A stretch of 64,000 nt of DNA, from positions 64,790,001 through 64,854,000 of the forward strand of contig NC_043006.1 in NCBI RefSeq assembly GCF_006345805.1, in the 5' to 3' direction. The DNA comes from Octopus sinensis (Eukaryota). The position numbers and the translations under genes are program-made. The notes below the pieces were generated by a model. That model ran no database searches, was not told where the DNA came from, and saw only the letters and a list, made by a program, of their open reading frames with translations. Positions 39,190 through 51,630 of the stretch are shown in pieces (position 1 is the stretch's first letter; each line of letters begins with the position of its first letter).

Positions 39190-39715
39190 ACATGTGAACA
39201 AAATACTTGACTTGTACATGGTTTTCGTTGGCTTGACCAAGACTTTTGATATAGTGAATAGTGAAGCGTTCTGGAAAATCTTGTCAAAAGCTGGACTTCC
39301 TGAAAAAATGATAAAGGTATTAATATCCCTGCATAAAGGAATGATGGCAACTGTGATATCTAACAGTCAATGTTCCGAGACATTTTCTGTTGCCACTGGA
39401 ACCAAACAGGACTGTGTTGTAGCCGCTGTACTTTTTTCCATGTTCTTTTCAGTGATGCTCCAACGTACTTTTTGGGATTATCCTGGAGGTGTTAAATTCC
39501 AGTTTCACACAGATGAAGATCTATTAAACCTGAAAGGGCAATGTTTCAGATCAAAGAAAACAAACCAAGGAAGAAATCCTGTATGAATTTCTGTTTACTG
39601 ATGATTGTGCTCTGGTTTCTCAAACATTTTGAGAAATTCAGGAAAAGACTTGACTATCAGCATCAAGAAGACTGAAGTTTTATTCCAACCAAGGATGCCT
39701 TCTAATGCCCAATCA
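39190..39715 (+). mobile_element. RTE/BovB-like LINE RT fragment
   Basis: FVGLTKTFDIV..FWKILSKAGLPEKMI..GTKQDCVVAAVLF..FLFTDDCAL..LTISIKKTEVLFQP. Confidence 0.85.
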
Positions 39716-42675
39716 ATTTTAGCTCCGATGATGGAACACACGGTCCTTGAACAACTCGCTGCCTCCACAATCAGGATTATGGAATTTTCTGGCTCACCAT
39801 TCTCCGCCGATAACCTTGTCGCTTCTTCATCTTCCTCTCGAGGTTCTACTACTTCTACTCCGGACGACATACAATTCTCTGAAATCTTGTGGGCTATCGC
39901 AGAACTGACCTGTCAGGTTTTACGCATGTGCAGGAACCGTTCATCTTCAAAGGATCATTCCCAGGGATGACCAAGCTCCACTCCTTCTCGCGCACACGCG
40001 CACTTCCTGCTCCCCCCAGTCTGCTGGTACCACAGGAGTTCAAGGACCAGGCCGAGAAGTGTACACAACCCTGCTCTTGCTCTTCACAGGGAAACTAGGC
40101 AGGGAGGCACTGGACACGACAGTCGTCTCCCCCATTGATTCACCCTACCGTGTATTCTTTATCAGAGGTGCCAATTCTTCAAAGTCCTTTATGGTGGATA
40201 CGGGTGCCAGCTTAAGTATTTGACCTCTACGGTTTACCTCCACCAATCCTGGTCTTTCGGAAATCTCTCTCTACGCGGTGAATCACTCCGCTATCAAAAC
40301 CTATGGACAAATCTCCCTCACCCTGGATTTATCACTCCGTAGGGATTTCAAATGGATCTTTGTCATTGCAGACCTGCCCTATCCTATTCTTGGTGCTAAT
40401 TTCTTACACCACTATTCTCTCATTGTGGACATTAAGGGATGCTAACTCATTGATAACACAACTTCACTCGCCATCTCCGGAAAGGATTCTTCTGTCCCCG
40501 TTGAGAGCCATTCTTTCTTCATGACCGCTTCGGGTGGCTCCTACCAACAGTTACTCACTTCGTTTCCAGAGTTAACTGATTTGTCATTTCATCCGTCGAA
40601 TCCAGCGCATTCTACGAGACATTTCATCCTGACCAAGAAACCTCCAGTCTTTTCTCGACCGCACCATTTGCCTCCAGAGAAACTCCGGATCGCCCGGGCT
40701 GAATTTGAGCACATGCTTCAGCTAGACCTTATTCATCCCTCCATGAGCCCGTGGGCTGCACCTCTACGCATGACCAGGAAGAATGACGCTGATTTCCGAC
40801 CGATTAGAGATTTTAGATGTCTTAACACCGTCTCTGATGCAGATCGCTATCCCATCGCAAATGTTCAGGATTTTTCGTCTGCCCTGCAAGACTGTAAGAT
40901 TTTTTCTAAGATCGACTCGGTACGCACGTACCATCAAATCCCTGTCAGCCTCGACGACATTCCAAAGACAGCTGTCACCACGCCTTTTGGAGCGTTTGAA
41001 TTCTTGTCAATGCCGTTTGGACTTCGTAATGTGGCTAGCACGTTCCAAAGGTTCATTGATGAGGTTGTTTGTGGTTTAGATTTTGTCTTCACGTACGTCA
41101 ATGACCTTATCGCTAGTGGTACTCTAGACCAACACCTCCAATATTTAACCCAGCTATTCAAGCGCCTACGTCCTATGACGCGAAGATCAATCCAGCTAAG
41201 GGTGTCTTTAGTTCTACTTGTTTGGAATTCGTGGAGTATCTCATTGACACTGACGCTATTCGTCTGCTTCCCTTTAAAGTGGAAGCCAACAAACGTTTGT
41301 CTCCTCCTGTTTCCTTAAATCAGCTCAGAAATTTTATTGGTTTAATTAATTATTATCGTCGCTTCATTCCTAAATGTGTGAAGTTGCTTCCCTTGACCCA
41401 GCACTTGAAAGATCAGCGAAAGAAAGACGCCCAGATAATGCTGTCTCCTACAGCCATCCAAGCTTTTGAATCTATCGAAGCTGACTTTGCCCAAGCATAA
41501 TTCCCCACTCACCCTGTTCCGGATGCAAAATTATCACTTACTGTTGATGTGTCATCATCTGCTAAAGGCGCAGTTTTAGAGCAATCTGTTAACAGCAGAA
41601 GTCAGCCATTAGCCTTCTTCTTGTGCCAGCTGAGAAATACCAAAATGCGATATAGTGAATTTGGTAAAGAACTCTTAGCATTTTACCTGGCAGTGAAGCA
41701 TTTCTTTTATCTTCTTGAAGGTAGAGATTTCACGACATTCACCGACCACAAACTGTTAACGTTCGCTCTCTTTACAAAAATGGACCAGTGCTCACTCAGA
41801 GAAACAAGGACTATATATCAGAGTTCACTGGTGGCATTCACCATATCACTGACCGACGCTTTATCTCGCCTACCTATTGGAGCATTGTTGTCTCCTGGTT
41901 CGATTGATTTGGTTGCTATGGTTACTGACCAACCCTCTTTGGATGCCTCTTCACGACATTTTTCCTGCTGCAAGTTTGAACACCTACCTCTGCCTTTTTC
42001 TGAAGGAGCCATTCTCTGCGATGTTTCTACCAGGTCACCACGACCCCTCATTCCTGAATTCCACCATCGTGCTGTTTTTGAAGCACTGCATTCACTGTCA
42101 GACCCTGGCATTGCGGCCACAGTAAAGCTTATCATGGCTCGCTTTTTCTGGTTGAATATGTGATGGTCTGTTACTGCTTGGTCACGTGCCTGTCTACCAT
42201 GTCAGCATTCCAAGGCGCATCGTCACGTTAGAGCACCTCTTGGACACTTCAAGCCACCAGACACCAGCTTCCGTCACATACACATTGACCTGGTTGGTCC
42301 TTGGCTGGTCAGTTACAGATTTACTTATATATTGACCTGCATTGACCGCTTCTCCAGATGGCCTGAAGCCATCCCTCTCGTGGACATTTCCTCAGAAACA
42401 GTCGCCAGAGCACTCATCTCTGGATGGATATCTCGCTTCGGAGTACCCTCTAGAATTACTACTGATCGTGGACGCCAATTTGAAGCTTGTCTGTTCTGTG
42501 AGCTTTCGAGATTGCTCAGAGTTCAGCACATCCACACCACCAGATACCATGCTGCCGCGAACGGAATGGTGGAAAGGTTCCACCACCAGCTCAGAGTCGC
42601 TATTCGCACGGCTCCTGACCCTCATCATTGGTCTGAGTTTCTCCCCATTGTTCTGCTAGGATGCCGCTCAACTGT
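39715..42675 (+). mobile_element. Decayed Ty3/Gypsy internal region (gag end, PR, RT, RNase H, IN); no LTRs seen
   Basis: Gag CWYH..AEKCTQPC..QGN; PR FMVDTGASL; RT TAVTTPFGAFEFLSMPFGLRN and YVND; RH YSEFGKELLA and DALSRL; [35 protein letters not shown]. Many stops and frameshifts. Confidence 0.92.
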
Positions 42676-43700
42676 CAACAACAAAGCAATTGCCAAGATA
42701 TGAATACTTTCTTCATAAGAGTGATGTTGGACCTCTCATGACTCAGGTTTAAATATGAATGGCTGTCCAGGAGTCAAGTAATTAAGTGATAATTAGTAAT
42801 ACAATTAAAATGAATTGGTGTTAAGTTCAGGTTTGTATTTTTGGATGAAGTATGTCTCTTTATTGAGTCGGACTTGTGTAGAAGTCCAGTCAGCAAATTT
42901 ATATAGAGGGAAAATAGTGAATTTAGGTTGTATTTGTTTCGTACATACGTTGATATGTTCACTGAGATAAATTTGGCGGTATTGTGGTGAAGCTATCTAT
43001 TGACAATGCACTGAACAATGTTGACGGATAGAATTCTCTGTGCTACCGATATAGTCTTTCTGGCAGCCCAAGCATCTGATTACGTAGATCAGATTTTCAG
43101 ATGCACAAGTGAAATTTGATTTAATTTTAAAATGTTGCCCTTGTTTAAAATAGTATTCTGACCCTTCCGAAAGGCTGGGGTATGTACCAGTGTTGGGGCG
43201 ATTACATTTTTTTAACTTTGGGGCATGTTGTGGAGGGGAATAATTTTGCATTAGTTAGCAGTTTCTTTAATAACTTCGGTTGTTTGTTGCTTTTGACAAT
43301 TTTAATGTCACGTAAAATTCTTTTTAGTTTTGGGTCCTTGTGTAGTATTGATAGGTTTTGTATGAATATGCTGAATGCTTCTTTGTTTCTGGGGTTGTAT
43401 GAGGAAATGTAGGGTAGTGTTTTAAGGAGAGGTTTTTCTTAATGTCTTTGATTTTTCTTAATGTCGCCGGGTTGATAGATTAGGCACGTTTTATTCCTTC
43501 ATTAATGAGTTGGATTGGGTAGTGTCTATCCAGGAGGACGTTTTTCAGTCCTTGTAGTCTTAAATTACTAGTTTTTTTTTTCTCTGAGACAATAGTGCAG
43601 ATTCTTCTTGCAAGGTTGAAGGTGATGTTTGTTTTTGTGTGTCTAGGATGGCAAGAGCTAAAGAGAAGGTATTGTTTTGCATCTGTTGTTTTATAAAATA
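42675..43700 (-). mobile_element. Penelope-like element 3' fragment (GIY-YIG), second family
   Basis: LDRHYPIQLINEGIKRA..PYISSYNPRNKEAF..NFTCASENLIYVIRCLGCQKDYIGST..R..H. Confidence 0.85.
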
Positions 43701-43744
43701 TGTGTTAATATATATATATGTAAGCAGGAATGTTTTTAGTGAGA

Positions 43745-44395
43745 AAAATTTGGTGGGAGGAAGTAAGTTGATTACTTCAATCCCAGTGCTCAACTGTACT
43801 TATTTTATCGACCCCGAAAGGATGAAGGGCAAAGTCGACCTTGGTAGCATTTGAACTTAGAACGTAACGTCAGAAGCAATGCTGCTAACCATTTTTTCAG
43901 GCGCAGTAACGATTCTGCCATATTCTTATTATGAAAAAGGCGGCAAGTTGGCAGAATCGTTAGCATGCCGAACGTAAAGATAGAGAAAATGCTTAGCGGC
44001 ATTTAGTCTGTCTTTACATTGTGAGTTCAAATTCCGCCAAGGTAGACATTGCCTTTCATTCTTTTGGGGTCGATAAAATATGTATCAGTCAAACACTAGG
44101 GGTTGATGTAATCGACTTATCCTCTCCTCTGAAATTGCAGGTCTTGTGCCAAAATTTGAAACCACTATTATTATTATGGAAGGTGGTGAACTGGCAGAAC
44201 CATTAGCACAATAGAAAGAATGCCTTGTGGTATATTTTCAGGTACTTTACATTCTGAGTTCGAATCCCATCGAGGTCATATTTTTCCCTCTTATTATTCT
44301 GCTGTTCATAAAATAAAGTACCAGTTAAGTGTTGGGTTCGATGTAATCGAGAAAACCTGCACCCTTCAAAACATCTGGCTTTGTGGTTAAATTAC
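43745..44395. mobile_element. Three SINE family C copies (43745-43920 -, 43938-44170 +, 44178-44395 +)
   Basis: Each has a GGCAGAA head and GGGGTCGAT-type core; mutually diverged. Confidence 0.8.
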
Positions 44396-44679
44396 AAACT
44401 GTTACTCTTTCTTTGTTTCTTTCTTTTAGTTGCTTCTTACGACATGCAGGAAATACAGCGACTGCATTCTACTGGTGCCCTCCCCCCATCACCATCAGTC
44501 GCAGGCGTGAGGGTGCTAGCTAACCCAAACCTGGGACCCTTACAGGTGCTACCACTCCAGGCCAGAGTAGACCTGGAAACAATAGCGGCTAAGAGGTGGT
44601 CCCACACTCCTCAAACCCTGAAACCAGGATCCATGATCCCACTACTGGATGTAGTTTAGAGCCATACCCAGTCATACCC

Positions 44680-45790
44680 AGATGTGTGAGAAGTTTTTGG
44701 CAAAAGGGAGGGCCTTTATGGACCTAGAGAAGGCACATGACCGTGTGGATAGGGATGCAATGTGGCAAGTGTTGCAGTTGTATGTTGTTGAGAGCTGTTC
44801 AGAGTTTCTATAGAGAAAGTAGGGCATGCATTAGGGTGGGTGGTGAAGTAAGTGAGTGGTTTGATTTGAAGGTGGAGTTAAGACAGGGTTGTGTGATGTC
44901 TTCGTAGCTGTTTAATCTATATAAGGATGGTGTTGTGAAAGAGGTTAATGCTAGAACCTTTGGTAGGGGAGCCCAAATGGTGGGAGAAAATCGAGAGAAA
45001 TGGCAGATGAGTCAGTTGTTGTTTGCTAATGATACAGCACTGGTGGCGGATTCAGAAGAGCAACTGAAGAGACTGGTGGCAGTGTTTGGAAGAGTATGTG
45101 AGAAGAGGAAACTGAAAGCGAATGTAGCTAAGACTAAGGTGATGAGATGTTCAGGAGATGGAATGGCTGATAGGATGAGTATAAATGGTGAGATGTTAGA
45201 GGAGGTGAGTGTTTTTAAGTATCTAGGATCACATGTGACGGTGGATGGGGTGGGGTTTAGGAAGTGGGATATAGAGTGAGGGAAAGGAGTAAGATACTTA
45301 GAGTTGTGAAAGGTATGCTGAGACATAAAAGGTTGAGTATGAAAGCGAAAAGAAGTGTGTATGAGGGCGTGATTGTGCCGACAATGTTATATGGTACAGA
45401 GACGTGGGGTCTGAGAGAGGCAGAAAGGAGGCGACTAGATGTGTTTGAGATGAGATGTTTGAGGGCTGTGGTTGGTGTGACACGGAAGGACAGGATGGAG
45501 AATGAGGAGGTGCGAAGGCGAGCAAGAATGAGAGAAAAACTAACCAAAATGGATAGACGAATGTTGAGGTGGTTTGGCCACACGGAGAGGATGGATGAGG
45601 AGCGGATGGTGAGGAGGGTGATGAAGACAGAAGTGGTAGGCAGCAGAACCAGAGGCAGTCCTCAGTTTGTGTGGATGGATGAAGTGAGGAAAGCTTTGGT
45701 GGTTAAAAGTGTTGGAGTGAGAGAAACAAGAGTTTATAAATGAGAGCTTGGAGAGTGTGGATGGATAGGTGAATTTGATGTTGCTCAAAG
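44680..45790 (+). mobile_element. RTE-clade LINE 3' fragment, lineage distinct from the BovB-like copies
   Basis: AFMDLEKAHDRVDR..LRQGCVMS..LLFANDTALVADSEEQL..FKYLGS..VPTMLYGTETW..LRWFGHTERM..SRTRGSPQFVWMD. Confidence 0.9.
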
Positions 45791-45977
45791 GGGTACGGGG
45801 AGTAAACCAGCATATGCTATCAGGCCCCGCCGCTGATATTGGGGGTTATGTTCTATGCCTTGACCCGAGCATAAAACGGGGCTAGCCCTTTTGAGCAGGG
45901 AAATGAATGGACTGCCTGGTGTGTGTCTTGTTGTGGCTACCCCCTCCTAAAAAATGGGGAATAGGCTTGGGTATATA

Positions 45978-46371
45978 TCTTTATATATAAAAGTGAGGTT
46001 GTGTCCTGTCTGTCTCCTACGATTTAGATTCCTAACTACTCCCACATTTTGCGGTGCAGTTTAACCAAAACCGGGTATCTTATGGTCGTGATTCATATCG
46101 AGCCCTTCTGGGTATTAGCGCGCGTCTACGATGAGTCTACGATTAAAAAAAAAATTTACCATCAATTTTTCCCATTTTTAATGCATTTTTGGCATATATA
46201 AGGGAAGTAACTCTCTAAAAATTTATTATTAAATCTCAGAACGTAAAAAGCTACAGTAACACCCCCCCTGTGGTTAGCCATATTGAGATGGCTATTATAC
46301 TTTACATCTCTAAAAATGCTTATATAGTTATTTCCCTTACAAACCCGAGCAACGCCGGGCGATACTGCTAG
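45978..46371 (+). mobile_element. Complete non-autonomous Helitron
   Basis: A|TC 5' end, subterminal hairpin CCCGAGCAACGCCGGG, CTAG|T 3' end, no TSD. Confidence 0.85.
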
Positions 46372-47394
46372 TATATAATAATCACTTTATTGCTGTTTTA
46401 TTGTTTATACGTTTTATGTATCCCCCACCACCATAGCCCTTTGTGTTGTATCGTCCTGTTGTTTTGTGTGCGACTCTTGTGGCCAATAAAGAAACGTTTA
46501 TTTATTTTAGTGAACTTTTGCTGTTGAACACCAATTTCTGTTACATTCCGTAGTGTGTTCAGTAAAAGTATTTTAAAATTACTTCCCCTGAAATAACTTA
46601 CCGCTGTCATATTTGGATTAACAAGTACAGACTTCGCAGCCTTTTTAAATTTGGCCTCCTTAAATGTAACTCTGTACTTTATTTATTTCACAACATCATT
46701 TCTAGAGATCTTCTTCTGGTTCTAACGTTTTTCCAGATTCATAAAAATTCTATAGATTGCTTAAACCTTCGCCTTCTGGCTATTGATTTAATTTAACTTG
46801 TAAGCGGGTCGTAACATCATTGGATAACATTGTTAATATCTCATAAAAAATTTAAATGACTGGAAATTTTTCCCGATATCTGCAAGTTGTGCACTACAGA
46901 AGCTCAATCAGTTTTTTTCGTACATAATCCTCCCAAACTAAACCACATGTTTTTTACATCTAAATTTTTACTGGTTTTTACAAGGGAAATAACTCAACCT
47001 TATATATTATTCAAAGTTACCTTCCTTGCAATTCGTTCCCAACGAAGTGTTTTTTTTAAATTCTATATTATGCGTGCTCATACACATGGTAGCATCTACA
47101 CATATATATATATACGCGCGAACATACACACACACATACACACACACACACACACACACATGCATACTAGCCAAGAAAATGCCTTTAGTAGGGGTGCTGC
47201 TTCAGAAAATTTTTAGCCATTGTTTTAATATTGTGTAGAAGGAAACAAACTAATAAAAAGAAAATCTATACATAAAGTTGATTGGTTCACGTTTTAGCCA
47301 CTGCTGGGTAGTGTTTAGATTTGTTCACTGAACACTGCAGCGAATTCCCCTTTGTTTTTCAAAAATCCTACCTAAATTACAAAATAATGGGGGG

Positions 47395-47650
47395 AAATCT
47401 GCCCTACTTTTCAAATCCTTGCAGCTGGCAGCAGGAGCTGGCAAGGCTGGAGTGCTGCACCAGATCCCATTGTCTGTTTTGGTATGGTTTTTACAGCTGG
47501 ATGCTCTACTTTAGGCCAATCATTTTACAGAGTGTACTGGGTACTTTTTATGTGGCACTCTCAGCGTTTTTTATGCGGTACCATCACTAATACTTTTCAC
47601 ATCACCAGTGCTTTTTACATGGCACTGGCACCAACTCTCTTTTTTATGTG
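47395..47650 (-). mobile_element. SINE family B, diverged
   Basis: rc of GTGCCACATAAAAAGTACCCAGTACACTC..CATCCAGCTGTA. Confidence 0.7.
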
Positions 47651-48921
47651 GCACCATCACCAAAAATAAATATGGTTTTACTCTTCACAAATTTTAATTT
47701 CACTTTTAAAATCGTTTTGAAAGAAAAATTAAGTGTCCTCAAAATATAAAAGATACACTTCTACTTCTTGGAGAATGGACTCAATATCAGGAAACTGAAG
47801 GTCATATCATATTCCGTGGATTTTATCTTGAGAGGAATAATTTGATCAATTACAAACTTTCTACTCAGAGGCAGCTTATCTCAAACCAATATAAAAAGTG
47901 TTTTTACCAGAAATGCTTCTCTCTAAAATTTTGTTTCTATTTCAGTGTCAAATGAATAATTTATTGCTATTTATAGAATTCCTGGTTGATAAAGTGTTTT
48001 GTAGACAAATGCTGATTAATGCTAGCAACGTTTGTACATTGTTGTAACCATGTAAACACTAGTTTAGTGATTCACAACTCTTTTTTTCCTATGGACATCG
48101 TTGAGTCTTACTTTATTCAGGTGGATCCCCATAGCCATTTGATGTTTTAAAAAATTTCAATATATTTTTATGATTAAATATTATTAGGAATTGTATTAAA
48201 AAAATTATTATAATATTTTGTGTATTGTAGAAGTTCAACCAGTTTATTGCATATAAATTTTAATGATAATATCTGATATGGAGAACCATTTTGCTAGTTG
48301 ATTTGTATGTTTAATTTAACCCTGTTGTACAACTGGTGTGCTTATGTCTGACTTTCCGCTAATATTTTTTAAAAAATTTGAATTGAAATTTCCATAGATC
48401 AGTTTTACTTGTCAGCTGTTCAAAATGCTTCAAGAAATGTTTTGGTTATGTAATTTATATTTCGTAATACATTTATGAACTAATAAATAGCCATGCTATG
48501 GAAACATGCATAACATAACTTGAAATTTGAGCAAAAACAGGTTTCAGTTACTTTTGACAATGAGTATTTCAGCTTAATAAACTGGATTACCTGCTCATTA
48601 AATTTGCATATGAGCAGCTGAGTATTCCACAGGAATGTGTTCTCTGTATAATGTTATTCTCAAGTAGGTCAGTATGATAGAGTTTGTGACAAAGCTTGCT
48701 CTTTGTATTACATGTCATAAATGATACATCCGGTGGGTGTTTGTTTACTTGATTTCACTCACAAGGCTTTCAATCAAATTGAAACTCAACCCAAGGGGAT
48801 TGAACTAGGATATCATTTTTATGACACAAACTTCCTAAGGACTCAATCACATTTGCATCCATTTACATACACACACATACTTGTACACATATGGGTATAT
48901 ATGTATGCATGTATATATGTG

Positions 48922-48967
<46 letters not shown>

Positions 48968-49410
48968 TGCATATGTATGTATGTTTGTGTAATGGAATTA
49001 CACAAACATATTGTAAAATGCAAGTTTGTATGTGTGCAAGTGTATGTCTGAATGTGTGTGTGTGTGTGCGTGTGCGCATGCATGAATGAGAGTGTATGTA
49101 TATTCTCTGGGCGACAGTTTACTTTCAGTGTTAATCTTCATTAAACATGGGAAGATCAAGACTAGTAACATTTTCTTGAATGGAATTAATTAAATTCCAC
49201 AATTGTTGATTTGTCATAAGCCTCGTTAAACTAACGTATTTCCAGTGTATATTGTTACCATGTGATGATATATTCTGGGTGTTGGCTGAGGAAGTATTCA
49301 TGATTCTAACAGTATGAAGGCTGAATTTAACACAACTAAATTGTGAATCTGAGGTAGTTTAACCTTATATTTTCCTCTGTAAAGATTATAATCCCCAAAC
49401 ATAGGTTTAA

Positions 49411-49631
49411 CCCTTTTGTTACCAACCCAGCTGAAACCAGCTCTGGCTCTCAGCACAAATGTCTTGTTTTCATCAGTTTTGAATTAAAATCTTCCACCAA
49501 ACCTTAGTCACAATTTATGTTCCTAACACTAACTTAATGATAACTAAGTTATTTTACTAAATTCTTTGTTATATTTAAAATTAATTGAAAGAAACACAGA
49601 GCATCACAACAGAAATATGGGAACAAAAGGG
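49411..49631 (+). mobile_element. piggyBac-type MITE copy 1
   Basis: TTAA|CCCTTTTGTTACCA..TGGGAACAAAAGGG|TTAA. Confidence 0.85.
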
Positions 49632-49856
49632 TTAAAGCAATGCTAGAAGTACTCTATTCTCTTACAAATCAACTTAGTGATGTTTCAATGGTTAGACTAC
49701 AAACTATCTTCCCAAATCTTGCTGCATTTCACATGGAATTTTAGGTTCCTAAAGACATCTTTATGACCAAACTTTTTTGGCTATAAATTTTAGTTGGCAA
49801 AATTCAACTTGATTGTTGGAAAATACTTTATGTCCTTATATCAAACTATGGTTTAA

Positions 49857-50077
49857 CCCTTTCGTTACTGAATTTATATTGAGATACTCTCTGTTTCTTT
49901 CAATTAATTTTAAATATAACAAAGAATATAGTAAAATAACTTAGTTATCATTAAGTTAGTGTGAGGAACATAAATTGTGAATAAGGTTTGGTGGAAGATT
50001 TTAATACAAAACTTATGAAAACAAGACATTCGTACTCAGAGGTAGAGCTGGTTTCAGCTGGGTTGGTATCAAAAGGG
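49857..50077 (-). mobile_element. piggyBac-type MITE copy 2, opposite orientation
   Basis: TTAA|CCCTTTCG..TGGTATCAAAAGGG|TTAA; body is the reverse complement of copy 1. Confidence 0.85.
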
Positions 50078-50569
50078 TTAATTTAATCAAGAGAAATTTG
50101 TTGATGTAAGTTGAAGCTGTTGTTTGTAGTATGAATGTGGGATGTGATAGATGTACCACTGGAGATAACAGCTGAGGGTGGACAGAGTGGAGATTAGTGG
50201 TATGTTATGTGCTACTAACTTTCAGTAACATAGGATGGGTAGTGGTATGATGTGGGTAAGAGTGCGGAAGAGTTTGAGTCAAACTTGGTATTTATTCTAT
50301 TGGTCTCTTTTGCCAATCCGCTAAGTTACAGAGGAATATAAACAAACCAACATTGATTGTCAAGCAAGAGGGTGTGGGGTGACAAACAAATACACAAACA
50401 TACATATGGACAAATATATATATATATATATATTTTACTCTTTTACTTGTTTCAGTCATTTGACTGCAGCCATGCTACATAGTTTGGGGTTCAGTCCCAC
50501 TTGAGCTAATTTCTTCTACTATTGCCCCAGGTCAACCAATGCCTTGTATGTGCAGAAACCCAATGGCAC

Positions 50570-50800
50570 TGAGGCGTGGTTAATGCCAGTGCCACCTGAC
50601 TGCCTCCCAAACCATGCTAAGGCATGTAAAAAGCACCCACTACACTCTTGGAGTGGCTGGTGTGAGGAAGGGCATCCAGCTGTAGTAACTTTGCCAGATC
50701 AGATTGGAGCTTGGTGCAGCCTGCTGGCTTGTCAGTCCTCAGTCAAACTGTCCAACCCATGCCAGCATGGAAAGCAGACGTTAAACGATGATGATGATAT
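50570..50800 (+). mobile_element. SINE family B
   Basis: Ends GCAGACGTTAAACGATGATGATGAT. Confidence 0.85.
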
Positions 50801-50864
50801 ATATATTAATATCAAGCAGTGAGAATGAGTGTTCAACACTGCATTAGTGGATAAATATTCTTTA

Positions 50865-50935
50865 ATACAGTTCTATATTTAAGAAATGGTGTGTTAACAA
50901 CAAACGAGATGAGGACAAATATCCATCAAATGTAA
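50865..50935 (+). mobile_element. 71-bp family E insertion: inverted 3' end plus post-cleavage fragment, 14-bp TSD
   Basis: TSD ATAAATATTCTTTA at 50851-50864 and 50936-50949; 50868-50888 is the rc of the E 3' end; 50891 onward is GTGTTAACAACAAACGAGATGAGGACAAATATCC. Confidence 0.8.
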
Positions 50936-51109
50936 ATAAATATTCTTTATTTTTGTATTAAGGCTACCATTGTTTTCATAAAGAGGGAAATCTCTTAACA
51001 GTTATCAAGTCTCCTGCAGAGGAACATTTGTACTCGAGACAAGTACCAACATTCACATGTGGCAGGCTTGTTAACCCACAAATAAAGAATATATATATAT
51101 ATATAATGT

Positions 51110-51267
51110 GCAGGAGTGGCAGTGTGGTAAGTAGCTTGCTTACCAACCACATGGTTTTGAATTCAGTCCCACTGTGTGACACTTTCGGCCAGTGTCTTCT
51201 GCTGTAGCCTAGGGCCGACCCAAGCCTTGTGAGTGGATTTGGTAGACGGAAACTGAAAGAAGCCCGT

Positions 51268-51304
<37 letters not shown>

Positions 51305-51535
51305 GTATGTATGTATGTATGTGTGTGTGTGTCTGTGTTTGTCCCACCAACATCGCTTGACAACCGATACTGATGTGTATTTATGTTCCCGTCACTTAGC
51401 AGTTTGCCAAAAGAGAATGATAGAATAAGTACTAGGCTTCCAAAGAATAGGTCCTGGGGTCGATTTGATCGACTAAAGGTGGTACTCCAGCATGGCTGCA
51501 CTCAAATGACTGAAACAAGTAAAACGGTAAAAGAG
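51110..51535 (+). mobile_element. SINE family A, full length
   Basis: Near-consensus head, (TA)/(GT) centre, body, AGTAAAACGGTAAAAGAG tail. Confidence 0.9.
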
Positions 51536-51630
51536 AGTATATAAATATATATATATATCAGATCGATTGTCGAAATACATAAACCTAGAGGAGAATTACA
51601 CTCTAAAATGTAGAGCAATTAATATTATAG

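Noticed and set aside
39050-42800. Intact or domesticated Gypsy gene
   Set aside because: Multiple stops and frameshifts, altered catalytic motifs, both ends truncated
47710-47952. ~80-codon ATG-less open frame on the plus strand
   Set aside because: No convincing splice sites or recognisable homology
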